NCBI GenBank assembly: GCA_045106895.1
Contig: JBGCFM010000012.1
Coordinates: 36,449 to 100,448 of the forward strand
DNA: 64,000 bases
Reading direction: 5' to 3'
DNA from: Polyangiales bacterium
GTDB lineage: Bacteria > Myxococcota_A > Polyangia > Polyangiales > Houyiibacteriaceae
A program made the translations under genes and the position numbers. Position 1 is the stretch's first letter. Each line of letters starts with the position of its first letter. This document shows, in pieces, positions 10,388 through 19,533 of the stretch. The notes beneath the pieces were generated by a model, which saw only the letters and a program-made list of their open reading frames with translations, searched no databases and was not told the origin of the DNA.

Positions 10388-10801
10388 ATGACCTCAAGGA
10401 CCATTCCCTCGCTCTTGGCACTCGCTCTTGGTTTCACCTCCCTGATGGGATGCGGCGGTACCGTCGACGAAACGCATCAGGGCGTCCTCGAAGAAGGCGA
10501 CGACCGCCAGTCCACGGACGATTCCTTGCAGGACCCGTACACGTTCAAGACCAACGAAGGATACGTCATCGACATTGTCATGGAGTCCTCGGAGGTGGAT
10601 GCCTACCTCATGCTCGCCGGCCCCGACGGGAGCAAGGTAGGCGAGAACAACGATGAAGTGCCTGGCAACAACAACGCCCGCATTCAGCTCACCGCCCCGA
10701 GCAGCGGAACCTACACGGTATTCGCAAACACCTACCGTCCCGGAGAATCAGGCGCCTACACCCTGACCATCCGCGCGACGGAACCCGCTGCTGAAGAATA
10801 A
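10388..10801 (+). CDS. PPC (pre-peptidase C-terminal) domain lipoprotein
   Basis: Lipobox LMGC. D.Y.F, VDAYLML.GPDG, NND, SGTY.V.A, G.Y.L. Confidence 0.8.
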   Translation: MTSRTIPSLLALALGFTSLMGCGGTVDETHQGVLEEGDDRQSTDDSLQDPYTFKTNEGYVIDIVMESSEVDAYLMLAGPDGSKVGENNDEVPGNNNARIQLTAPSSGTYTVFANTYRPGESGAYTLTIRATEPAAEE

Positions 10802-10809
10802 GCGCGCGG

Positions 10810-11268
10810 GTGAACGACGAGAAGACAGAGTTTCCAACGACCATCGTTCGCCCGTACAACATTCAAATACGGCAGCGGGTCACCTCACTTCTTGAGCGAG
10901 TTGGGTGTCGCTTTCGGGACGATCACATCATCGCCGTGCGAACTCCTGACAGCGTCGCCGTCGAGCAAGTCGTAAAGATTCAGAACCCGACTCTGCTCCT
11001 TCCATTTCACGCCCACCGCGACATGCTTGGTCAGAGCGTCGATGGGGTGACCTTCTTTGAGAAACTCATAGAGCGTGCAGCTCACGTCCCGTGGCGCGTG
11101 CTGATGCCTATTACGGTGTTTGGCCAAGCCGCCCTGGGTCTTCGTGTCAGCGCACTCCCAGCAGAGCTCAGCGCGAAGATTCACGTGATCAACGTGGCGG
11201 ATGTTCGTGACGGCCTTGCCCAGAGTACCCTGACGCCACTCCGCGCGTTCCTTCACGCGCCAGCCTGA
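10810..11268 (+). CDS. Hypothetical protein (possibly pseudo-receiver fold)
   Basis: ORF exactly fills the gap between neighbours. Alpha/beta pattern. Confidence 0.55.
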   Translation: MNDEKTEFPTTIVRPYNIQIRQRVTSLLERVGCRFRDDHIIAVRTPDSVAVEQVVKIQNPTLLLPFHAHRDMLGQSVDGVTFFEKLIERAAHVPWRVLMPITVFGQAALGLRVSALPAELSAKIHVINVADVRDGLAQSTLTPLRAFLHAPA

Positions 11269-12486
11269 TCAAGCTTCGCTGCCTGGAGCGACGGGAACCA
11301 TCGCACCGGTCCACCACTCGTAGTCACGTCCCATCGGGTCTCCGCTCGGGAAGAACACGAGGTAGCTCATGGCGTCGTAAGGCAGGAACGTGGGGCGACC
11401 GGGTAACACGTTTCCGATTTGGTGGACGGTTCGCCAAGTGCCCGTGTTGAAGTAAGCGGCGCGCTCGCCGCGGATCTGGCCCAGTGGCACCATCGACGCG
11501 AAGTGCGAATGTCCGTTCACCGCGAACCGGACGTGCTCGCGCGCGCTCATCTCTTGGGCTGCGAACGCCGCCATCTTCCCGTCGAAGCCGTGCTGAAACA
11601 TCCGGTAGATCTTCGTCAGCTTCTCGTCGGAGCCGCGGGCGACAACGCGTTTCGTAGACAGCTCCAGAAGAAGACGGAGCTTCTTGCCGGTGTCGAAGCC
11701 CAGTCGCTTTTGCTCCGTCATTTTCCGCTCCCGCATCCACGCGCGCACGAAGGGTTTGCTGAGGAAGTCTTCCACGAGCGCCGACCAAGTCTGCCCCACG
11801 GGTCGCATCAGCGAGCGGTCGACGAAGCCAAGGTTACGCACCCACGCGGGCACGGCGTAGATGGGACGCACGTCGTCAATATCATCGAGAAGGTCGGCGT
11901 GCTCTGTGGCGACGAGCTGTTTCACCATGCGTGGAAATCGCGTGATGAGCTCAAGACCGATGGCGTCACCGATCGTGCCAGCGCCGTCCTTTTGAACGTT
12001 GATGGGGTCGCCCACGTGACCGTGGTACGCGAGGACTTTGTGGTGCGGAAAATGCCGCTCCGTGTCGAAGACGATGTCTTCGTCGCGTCCGGTGAGCGCT
12101 TTCCAGATCTTGCGGCGCGACGCCGGCGCCGACGCGAGCAGTCGGTCGTGGTTGCCCAAGAGATAGGTGATCTCGAGCGCACCAGACTCGACCTTCTCGC
12201 GAATCGCGGTAAAAAACTTCGCCTCACGCTCCAGAATGCGGTCGACGATGCCTCCGAGCACCTCGCGCACTCGATCATCGGTGTGGTGGTAGGGGCGTGC
12301 CGCGCTCTCGAGCCATGCCGGCGAACGAACGAGGTCAAAGAGGTCGCCGACAAAGCACAGGTGCGCAGGCCTTGTTCCTCTCGCGGCCTGAATGCGCGTC
12401 CAAAAGCGTTCGAAGAGCAGGTCTTTCGGAACGCTGCTTCCGTGAAGGGAGTCCGTGAGGTGCTGATCACTCACAAAGATCAACAT
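11269..12486 (-). CDS. Calcineurin-like metallophosphoesterase
   Basis: SDQH, GDLFD, GNHD, HGH, GHSH, NTGTW motifs. Confidence 0.85.
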   Translation of the reverse strand: MLIFVSDQHLTDSLHGSSVPKDLLFERFWTRIQAARGTRPAHLCFVGDLFDLVRSPAWLESAARPYHHTDDRVREVLGGIVDRILEREAKFFTAIREKVESGALEITYLLGNHDRLLASAPASRRKIWKALTGRDEDIVFDTERHFPHHKVLAYHGHVGDPINVQKDGAGTIGDAIGLELITRFPRMVKQLVATEHADLLDDIDDVRPIYAVPAWVRNLGFVDRSLMRPVGQTWSALVEDFLSKPFVRAWMRERKMTEQKRLGFDTGKKLRLLLELSTKRVVARGSDEKLTKIYRMFQHGFDGKMAAFAAQEMSAREHVRFAVNGHSHFASMVPLGQIRGERAAYFNTGTWRTVHQIGNVLPGRPTFLPYDAMSYLVFFPSGDPMGRDYEWWTGAMVPVAPGSEA

Positions 12487-12586
12487 CGGTCGCTCAGTCA
12501 CCTGCTGAGTGTACACGAGTTTCGCCGCAGACTCCCGGGCGGCGCTTGTTTACATAAGCGAGGCGTCAGGGGCGCCTCGACGTCCC

Positions 12587-13768
12587 CTATTCGACGAGGG
12601 CGCTTAGCTCGACACGTGTTTCGACGGGCTGACCGTTCCGAACCGTGGTGACGGAGACCACATCCCCCACGACATGCCGGTCGATGACTCGGTAGAGGTC
12701 GATGGCGTTCACGACGGCGTCACCGTCGACAGCGACGATCAAGTCACCGATGATCACGCGGCCATCGCGCGGGTCGCGGCGCGTTGGTTGTAGCCCCGCG
12801 CGGTCCGCACCGGAGCCCGGGACGATGCCGAGGACAAGCGCGCCACGGAGCCGCAAGCGGTTGGCGAGTTGGCCGTCGTCGAGCTGAACACCGAGACCCG
12901 GGCGCTCCACGCGCCCCGTCGTGATGAGCTGCGGCACAACACGCGCGACGATGTCGATGGGCACCGCGAATCCGACTCCTGCAGATGCGCCACTTGGAGA
13001 GTAGATTGCGGTGTTCACGCCGACGACTCGACCGGCGCTGTCGAGGAGGGGGCCGCCCGAGTTGCCGGGATTAATGGCGGCGTCAGTCTGAACCACACCT
13101 TGAATGGGACGTCGGCTCATGGACATGATCTCTCGGCCTAGCCCGCTGATGACACCCGTCGACAAGGTCTGGTCGAGTCCGAACGGATTGCCGATGGCGA
13201 AGACATGTTGCCCGACGACGAGATCGCCGGACGTTCCCACCGGCAGCGGCGGCAGCTTGTCTTCGGGCGCATCGATGCGGAGGACGGCGAGATCTTTGTC
13301 CGGATAGGTCCCGACGAGGCGTGCGGGCCAAACGCTCTGATCCGAGAGCGTGACGCGTGCGCCATCGGCGCCGGCGATGACGTGGAAGTTTGTCACGATA
13401 TGGCCCTGGTTGTCCCAGACGAAGCCGGAGCCCGTACCTGCGGGCATCGCCATGGCGTTTCGGCGAACGTGGTCCATGCGAACTTCGAGTTTGGTGATGA
13501 ACACCACCGAAGGGCTCGCGTTTCGAAAGATCGCGACGGTGGTCTGTTCCGCTGGGGAGAGGTCGCCGCGGGCCTCAACGAGTGGTGGGGCCGGCGTGTC
13601 GTCGACGGGTTCGACGCTTGGTTCGTTGAGCTCGACGGGAATGCTTGGCGGCAACGCCGGCGGATCTGCCTTGAAGAGATAGGAGGCGAGAAGGACGAGG
13701 GCAGCGCCAGCGATCATCGAGAGCGGAATCACGAAGATGGGCCATGTGGGTGGCTTTTGAGCGTTCAC
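12587..13768 (-). CDS. HtrA/DegQ family serine protease with PDZ domain
   Basis: GSGF, TNFHV, DLAVL, DAAINPGNSGGPL. N-terminal TM and C-terminal PDZ. Confidence 0.93.
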   Translation of the reverse strand: MNAQKPPTWPIFVIPLSMIAGAALVLLASYLFKADPPALPPSIPVELNEPSVEPVDDTPAPPLVEARGDLSPAEQTTVAIFRNASPSVVFITKLEVRMDHVRRNAMAMPAGTGSGFVWDNQGHIVTNFHVIAGADGARVTLSDQSVWPARLVGTYPDKDLAVLRIDAPEDKLPPLPVGTSGDLVVGQHVFAIGNPFGLDQTLSTGVISGLGREIMSMSRRPIQGVVQTDAAINPGNSGGPLLDSAGRVVGVNTAIYSPSGASAGVGFAVPIDIVARVVPQLITTGRVERPGLGVQLDDGQLANRLRLRGALVLGIVPGSGADRAGLQPTRRDPRDGRVIIGDLIVAVDGDAVVNAIDLYRVIDRHVVGDVVSVTTVRNGQPVETRVELSALVE

Positions 13769-13845
13769 TCAGCGTACATAGCCACCCTGCCCCGCCTCGT
13801 CGAGATCCCGTCGCGAGGAAGCGCCGCATTGCAGAGCGGCAGCGA

Positions 13846-14727
13846 CTAGCCGAGGACGCGTGACAAGCCGTCGAGGAGCGCGCCACGGCGCGTGCGTTGG
13901 GGCATTCTCTCGAGCGCTTCGCTTCGCGTAAAAGCGTTGAGCCACGGTTCAATGGGCCCGCGCTCAAGGATGCCGTCGAGACCGTAGAGTGAGAGCTGCT
14001 CCACGCCCGCCGCCCGCGCCACACCTACGTCATCGATGAGTTCATCCACGCTTCGGTAGGCCTGCTCGTCGCCGAGTGCTCCTCCGCCCACAACGCCGAG
14101 TGAGAGCGCGTTGCTGCGCCCAGCGATCCGTCTGAGAAGGTCGCGAGCGACGCGGCGGTCGATGAGGCCGCGGCCGTAACCTTCGAAGAGGCTGGTGTAC
14201 GCCATGGACTCCACACGTTCGCAACCAAGCTCTGACACCGGCGTGCCCAGACGTGACTCCCACTTTGCGCCGTACGCGATAACGGGCGGTACGACGGCTT
14301 CCACCTGCCAACCTTCGCGACGCGCCCAGGTCGCAAGGCCGCCGAAGGTGCGCTTCTGCGGGCCTTGGAGCGTAGGCTTCTTCTTTGGCCTCAGGTCCAG
14401 CCAGCTGCGCGTCACCGCGATCGGCGGTTCGAGGTCGAGGAGCAATACAGAAGCGGGGACATCGCGAAAAATCCGCGCGAGGAGTTCTTCGTACTCCACA
14501 GCGTTCGTCGTACTCGCCCATCGTCCGTGGCTGTCTTCAAGGAGCGGCCAAACGACGAGGCGCACGCCCATGTCTCGGCAGCGCAATGCGAGGGCCGGGA
14601 GACGCGGCACTTGAGAAGGAAACACAGCCACGGCGAGGTCAATGCCAGCGCGCGAGCGCGCGAGCGCCTTGATGAGGGGTCGGTCGAGGACGTTCCAGGG
14701 AACATGTTCGCTGTAGACTCGGCGCAC
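13846..14727 (-). CDS. Hypothetical protein (possible TIM-barrel)
   Basis: Long ORF. GTG start at 14727 chosen to avoid overlap with the divergent glycosyltransferase. Confidence 0.55.
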   Translation of the reverse strand: MRRVYSEHVPWNVLDRPLIKALARSRAGIDLAVAVFPSQVPRLPALALRCRDMGVRLVVWPLLEDSHGRWASTTNAVEYEELLARIFRDVPASVLLLDLEPPIAVTRSWLDLRPKKKPTLQGPQKRTFGGLATWARREGWQVEAVVPPVIAYGAKWESRLGTPVSELGCERVESMAYTSLFEGYGRGLIDRRVARDLLRRIAGRSNALSLGVVGGGALGDEQAYRSVDELIDDVGVARAAGVEQLSLYGLDGILERGPIEPWLNAFTRSEALERMPQRTRRGALLDGLSRVLG

Positions 14728-14784
14728 GCCTCCTTCATAGCGCGAAATCGCCAAGCACAGAAGGCAACCTGCTAGAACGTCGAC

Positions 14785-15858
14785 ATGAAGATTCTCTACG
14801 GCGTCACCGGCGAAGGCATGGGGCACGCGATTCGGTCGAAGGTCGTCCTCGATTTCCTGCTGCGCGAAGGTCACGAAGTCGAGATCATCGCTTCGAACCG
14901 CGCGGCGTCGTTCTTGGCCGAACACTTCTCGGAGGTGCACAAGATCCACGGACTTCACATCGTCGCGGAAGAGAACCGAGTCCGAAAAGGAAAGACACTC
15001 TGGTCCAACGTCCGTGAGGGCATCAAGAACCTGCCCAAGCAGATCGATGCCTATTTCAACATCATCGAAGACTTCAAGCCCGGCGCCGTCATCTCAGACT
15101 TCGAGAGCTTCTCGTACCTCTATGCGCGCACCCATGACGTGCCGGTGTTCAGCATCGACAACCAGCAGGTCCTCAACCGCTGCGAGATCCCTCCTGAGGT
15201 TCTCGAAGGAGAGCGTCGTGACTTCGAGATCGTGAAGGCGTTCGTCAAAGCGAAACTGCCCTTCTGTGATCACTACTTTATCGCCACGTTTTTTGAGCCT
15301 CCGATTCGTAAGAAAAGAACCACGCTTCATGCGCCTATTCTGCGCCCATCGATCCTCGAGGCGACTCCGACGAACGGCGAGCATCTGCTGGTGTATCAAA
15401 CCGTCGGGGAGAATACGCCGCTCATCGAGGCCCTCTCGAAGCTGGACCGTGACGTGCACATCTACGGGATGCGCCGTGACTCAAAGGAAGACCAACGCGA
15501 AGGAAACCTCGTCTACCGACCTTTTGGCGAACAGAGCTTCATCGACGACCTCGCGTCCGCGCACGCCGTTATCGCTTCGGCGGGTTTCACGCTGATGGGC
15601 GAGTGTGTGTTCTTGGGAAAACCCTTGCTCGCTGTTCCCCTGGAAGGTCAGTTCGAACAGGTCTTCAACGCGCGCTACTTGACTCACCTCGGCTACGGCG
15701 CCGAGGCCGAGACTCTCAACGACGAGGTCGTCCAATCGTTCATGGCGCAAGTGCCGAAGTTCCGCGAAACGCTGGTCGGCTTCGCCCACGACGCAAACCA
15801 GTCTCTTTTTGACGCGTTGAATGCACGTCTGGATGAAGCGGCGGCGGGGCTTCTCTGA
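14785..15858 (+). CDS. MJ1255/VC2487-family glycosyltransferase (GT-B)
   Basis: MKILYGVTGEGMGHAIRS, ISDFE, SIDNQ, AGF..GE, GQFEQ..NA. Confidence 0.88.
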   Translation: MKILYGVTGEGMGHAIRSKVVLDFLLREGHEVEIIASNRAASFLAEHFSEVHKIHGLHIVAEENRVRKGKTLWSNVREGIKNLPKQIDAYFNIIEDFKPGAVISDFESFSYLYARTHDVPVFSIDNQQVLNRCEIPPEVLEGERRDFEIVKAFVKAKLPFCDHYFIATFFEPPIRKKRTTLHAPILRPSILEATPTNGEHLLVYQTVGENTPLIEALSKLDRDVHIYGMRRDSKEDQREGNLVYRPFGEQSFIDDLASAHAVIASAGFTLMGECVFLGKPLLAVPLEGQFEQVFNARYLTHLGYGAEAETLNDEVVQSFMAQVPKFRETLVGFAHDANQSLFDALNARLDEAAAGLL

Positions 15859-15912
15859 GGTCTCGGTACTCGTACCCCTTGCGGGCACCGCCAAATACCA
15901 CGACCCCTAAGC

Positions 15913-16755
15913 ATGCGCTCCGATCTGTCTCTCTTCCTTCTCGCGGGCTGCGCCGTCGACCACTCGGGACTCATTGGCAATGACGCTGCGCCCATCGATG
16001 TAGTGATGACAGACGTGTTCACGCGCCCAGACTCCGGGCCTGGCCCAGATTCCGGCGTCGATGCATTCGCGCCGGACGTCGGCCTCTCTCTTCCGGACGC
16101 AGGCAACGACGCAGGCTTCGACGCGGGCAACGACGCGGGCTTCGACGCAGGCGACGCGGGCAACGACGCGGGACCCGTGGACCCGTGCTCCGTAGGCGAC
16201 GATACGGACGGCGATGGCGTACGCGACAACTGCGACGAGTGCCGAGGCTACAATGACGCAAATGACGCAAATGACGCGGATGGTGATGGTACCGCAGACG
16301 GTTGCGACGACTGGTCCTGTGGGCCGACGCGACTCTCCGCCCCGTCTGTGGTTGAGCGGGAAGAGATACAAATAAGCGCTGTGACCATCGGCGGGTCCGG
16401 AAACTCTGCCATGGTTCGCCCCGAGGACACCTTCGAGATCACTTTTGACTGGACGCTTGGTGACGCCGGCTGCCCCGGGTGCATCCGACAGGTCGAGTGG
16501 GGCTTCACCCGCATCGGCCGGCTTGGGTGTGAGTACGATGGAAACCCGCCACCCAGCGGCGTGGCGGGGTCCGCCGTGATCTCAAACATTCCCATTCCTC
16601 CCGGCTCCTCCGGCGTGTATGAGCTTCGATTCGCTCTTGGACAGCAGCGTGCCTGCGCGGACATTACTAACTGGCACAACGGCGAACCGGGCTTGGATCA
16701 CACCATCGGCCACGTCTGCGTGCCTCCTGCGGGCATCGAATACCCAGGCGGGTAG
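15913..16755 (+). CDS. Lipoprotein with DAG repeats, TSP3-like Ca-binding motifs and a C-terminal beta-sandwich
   Basis: Lipobox LAGC. DTDGDGVRDNCDEC and DADGDGTADGCD. Confidence 0.7.
   Translation: MRSDLSLFLLAGCAVDHSGLIGNDAAPIDVVMTDVFTRPDSGPGPDSGVDAFAPDVGLSLPDAGNDAGFDAGNDAGFDAGDAGNDAGPVDPCSVGDDTDGDGVRDNCDECRGYNDANDANDADGDGTADGCDDWSCGPTRLSAPSVVEREEIQISAVTIGGSGNSAMVRPEDTFEITFDWTLGDAGCPGCIRQVEWGFTRIGRLGCEYDGNPPPSGVAGSAVISNIPIPPGSSGVYELRFALGQQRACADITNWHNGEPGLDHTIGHVCVPPAGIEYPGG
16096..16277 (+). repeat. Intragenic short tandem repeats
   Basis: GACGC(A/G)GGC(AAC/TTC) units encoding DAGN/DAGF at 16096-16173. AATGACGCA x3 at 16252-16277. Confidence 0.8.
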
Positions 16756-16860
16756 GAGCCAGCTTACATTTGCGCACAAGCGCTTTCATGGCGAAAACGC
16801 CCGCGCTTCGATAACCTGTTTGGGTGTGGTGGTCGCCACACATTCGAGGGAGGCTGTGGC

Positions 16861-19533
16861 GTGAAGAATTCTCTGTTCTGGTTTGTGCTTTTGTGTGGTG
16901 CGTGCTCCTGCGAGGACACCACTCCGCCCCCACCTTTCAACTTCGACGCTGGCATCAGCGTGGATGGCGGCGGCCGACCTGACATCTTCGTTCCACAAGT
17001 CGACATCCCTAACCCCGTCCTCGTTCAGACCGCCTCCAGCGAAGAGGTCCGAGCCGGCGAACAAATCATGGTCACCTGCACCATCCTCGACCAGGACGGT
17101 GAGGTGTACAGCGCCGCCGGACGAACCCCACGCATTCGCTTCAGCCCCAGCGACTCTGTGGCCGTCGAAGGTGAGAACTACGTGGCCATTGTCGCCGGCG
17201 AGGTCGAGGTGAGCTGCTCGTTCCCGGACCTCATGTTGACGGACGACCGACCTGCGATCACTCGCATCGTTCCAGGACCTGCCGCCGAGACAACGACGAC
17301 GCTAGACGGCGTGAGCATCACCGCCGGCGAAAGCGTGAACGCGGAATGTGTGACCTTTGACGCGTATGGCAACCGCATCGACGACGCGAGTCCCGGACTA
17401 CGCATCGAGCCCTCGGACCCGGGCAACACCATCGACGGCCTCAGCGCTGAGATGACAAGCGCCGGCATCTACGAAGCCAGCTGCGAACTCGAAGGCGCCG
17501 CCTCCCAGCCAGCCGCACTCGAGGTCGTCCCAGCGCTACCCGCCACGTTGATTGCAGGCCGCGTGCCGGAACAAGCTGTCTACGGCATCGGCCAGGTGGT
17601 CGAGGTCTCGACGGTCGTCACGGACCGCTACACAAACGTGATCCCTGACGCTCCAATGGACATCACGAGCGCACCGGCGGGCTCACAGCTAGGCCGCAAC
17701 CGTTTCCGCTACCTTGCCGATGGCGTCTACGATGTCACGGCGCGCGTGACGGGCCCCACCGAAGGTGGCGCACTGCTCGAAGCGACGGTGCAGTTCATCG
17801 TCAACGGCGACGGTCCCACCATTGTTTGCGACGGCCCAGGTGACGGCACAATGATCGACCTCCCAGGCTCTGGACGGCTTCTCTTCTCCGGAACCGTAGG
17901 TGACGCGAGCGGGGTCGAAACGGTCCGCGTCAACGGAAGCGTCGCCGACGTGGACGCCGGCGGTGGCTTCTCGGCGACAGTAGACGCGACCTTCGGCATC
18001 AACTTCGTCGAAATCAGTGCTCGTGACGCGTTCGGCGAAGAGAGCTCACGGACTTGCTCGTTCTTGGCTTCGAGCCGATGGGGCGCACCAACGAGCACCT
18101 TCGCTGACACCGTGTCCCTCGAACTGCGGCAAGCCGCTATCGACGACATGAGCGCTTCGGGGCCCATCGATTCTCTCGACGACATCCTGGACCGCGTGGT
18201 GAACAGCGACGGCCTCCGCGACACTCTCGACAGCGCCCTCGTCGCGGCGAACCCGCTGAAGCCAAGCGCCTGCGACGAGCGTGTGTTTGGTGTGTGCGTC
18301 TTTCGTTCACAGGTCGAATACCGCGACCTCGTGTTCGCCGGATCACGCGTCACCGACCTCACTCTGCGCAACGGCGGTGTCCGCGCCCATGTGCGTCTTG
18401 AGGATGTTCAGGTCCAGCTTCGGATCAGCGGCACATTGAGCAGCACCGGGTGGGCCGACTTCGACTACATCGACATCGTCATGGACCTCAACACGTCCAT
18501 TTCCGCGGGTCGACCACGTCTCACGGTAGCCCCGGGCTCCGTCGTTACCAACGTCGGCGACATCGACACACGCTTCAGCGGTCTCAGCGGGATCATCATC
18601 AACATCGTTGCAAGCGTGATCAACGGACGACTACGGAGCCTGGTGGAAGGCCTTCTTGAGAGTTACATCACCGACTCCTTCAACGACGTCCTCGATGGAG
18701 TCCTCGGCGGCCTCGACATCGAGAGCCTCGGGTCGACGTTCAACGTACCGCGCCTCGACGGGTCCGGCTCGATTCCTCTTGGCTTTGGCGTCGCCTTCAA
18801 CTCGCTGACGACGAACACCTCGCGAATGCGCTTTGGCATCGGGACACGCTTCACCGGTCCGACGACAATCGCGCGACCGACGCGAGGCGTCGCCGTTCCC
18901 GGTACAGCCGGCGGATTCATCGACAGCCCAACTGGCACCAACTCGATGACCGTCAGCGTGCACAACGTCATCTTCAACCAGGTCCTGCATCAGCTCTGGC
19001 GCGGCGGCTTGCTCGAAGCGAACATCGACGGCGCAACCTTGGGCGGAAGTCTGCCCGCGGGCCTCACGGCGGAAATCTCCGGCGCGCTCCCACCCGTCGT
19101 CGTGATGAACGGTGATGGAAGCGTCGACCTCGGCATCGGCGCCCTGACCATTCAACTCGTCTACCCAGGACTCTTCGACGAACCCATCACCATGGTCCTC
19201 GGAGCGAACTCAAGCACGAGCGTATCCCTGGTTGGCAACGATCTGCGCTTCGGCGCCATCACCGTCGAAGAGCTCTACTTCTCCACAGACGACGTGTCCC
19301 TCGACGCCGGAACCCGCGCAACGCTGAGCCGCTTCTTGACGACGCTCGTTCAGAGCATCGTCGACTCCGCTTTGAACGACGCGCTCCCCGCGATTCCAAT
19401 CCCCTCCTTCGACCTGCCCGCGTCGCTTACGACCTACGGTATTCCAGCGGGAACGACCCTTGGCCTTCGTAGTCCTAGCCTCACGGGCGAGAACCCTCAC
19501 TTCGTCCTTCGCGGCACATTCGGGAGCCTCTAA
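16861..19533 (+). CDS. Lipoprotein with Ig-like domains and C-terminal BPI/LBP (TULIP)-like domain
   Basis: GGAGG RBS and Cys-containing signal. Ig-like repeats (DAYGN, DRYTN, GINFVEISARD). BPI-like motifs (see findings). Confidence 0.75.
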   Translation: MKNSLFWFVLLCGACSCEDTTPPPPFNFDAGISVDGGGRPDIFVPQVDIPNPVLVQTASSEEVRAGEQIMVTCTILDQDGEVYSAAGRTPRIRFSPSDSVAVEGENYVAIVAGEVEVSCSFPDLMLTDDRPAITRIVPGPAAETTTTLDGVSITAGESVNAECVTFDAYGNRIDDASPGLRIEPSDPGNTIDGLSAEMTSAGIYEASCELEGAASQPAALEVVPALPATLIAGRVPEQAVYGIGQVVEVSTVVTDRYTNVIPDAPMDITSAPAGSQLGRNRFRYLADGVYDVTARVTGPTEGGALLEATVQFIVNGDGPTIVCDGPGDGTMIDLPGSGRLLFSGTVGDASGVETVRVNGSVADVDAGGGFSATVDATFGINFVEISARDAFGEESSRTCSFLASSRWGAPTSTFADTVSLELRQAAIDDMSASGPIDSLDDILDRVVNSDGLRDTLDSALVAANPLKPSACDERVFGVCVFRSQVEYRDLVFAGSRVTDLTLRNGGVRAHVRLEDVQVQLRISGTLSSTGWADFDYIDIVMDLNTSISAGRPRLTVAPGSVVTNVGDIDTRFSGLSGIIINIVASVINGRLRSLVEGLLESYITDSFNDVLDGVLGGLDIESLGSTFNVPRLDGSGSIPLGFGVAFNSLTTNTSRMRFGIGTRFTGPTTIARPTRGVAVPGTAGGFIDSPTGTNSMTVSVHNVIFNQVLHQLWRGGLLEANIDGATLGGSLPAGLTAEISGALPPVVVMNGDGSVDLGIGALTIQLVYPGLFDEPITMVLGANSSTSVSLVGNDLRFGAITVEELYFSTDDVSLDAGTRATLSRFLTTLVQSIVDSALNDALPAIPIPSFDLPASLTTYGIPAGTTLGLRSPSLTGENPHFVLRGTFGSL

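Noticed and set aside
14728..14958. N-terminal extension of ORF 13846-14958
   Set aside because: Would overlap the divergent glycosyltransferase head-to-head.
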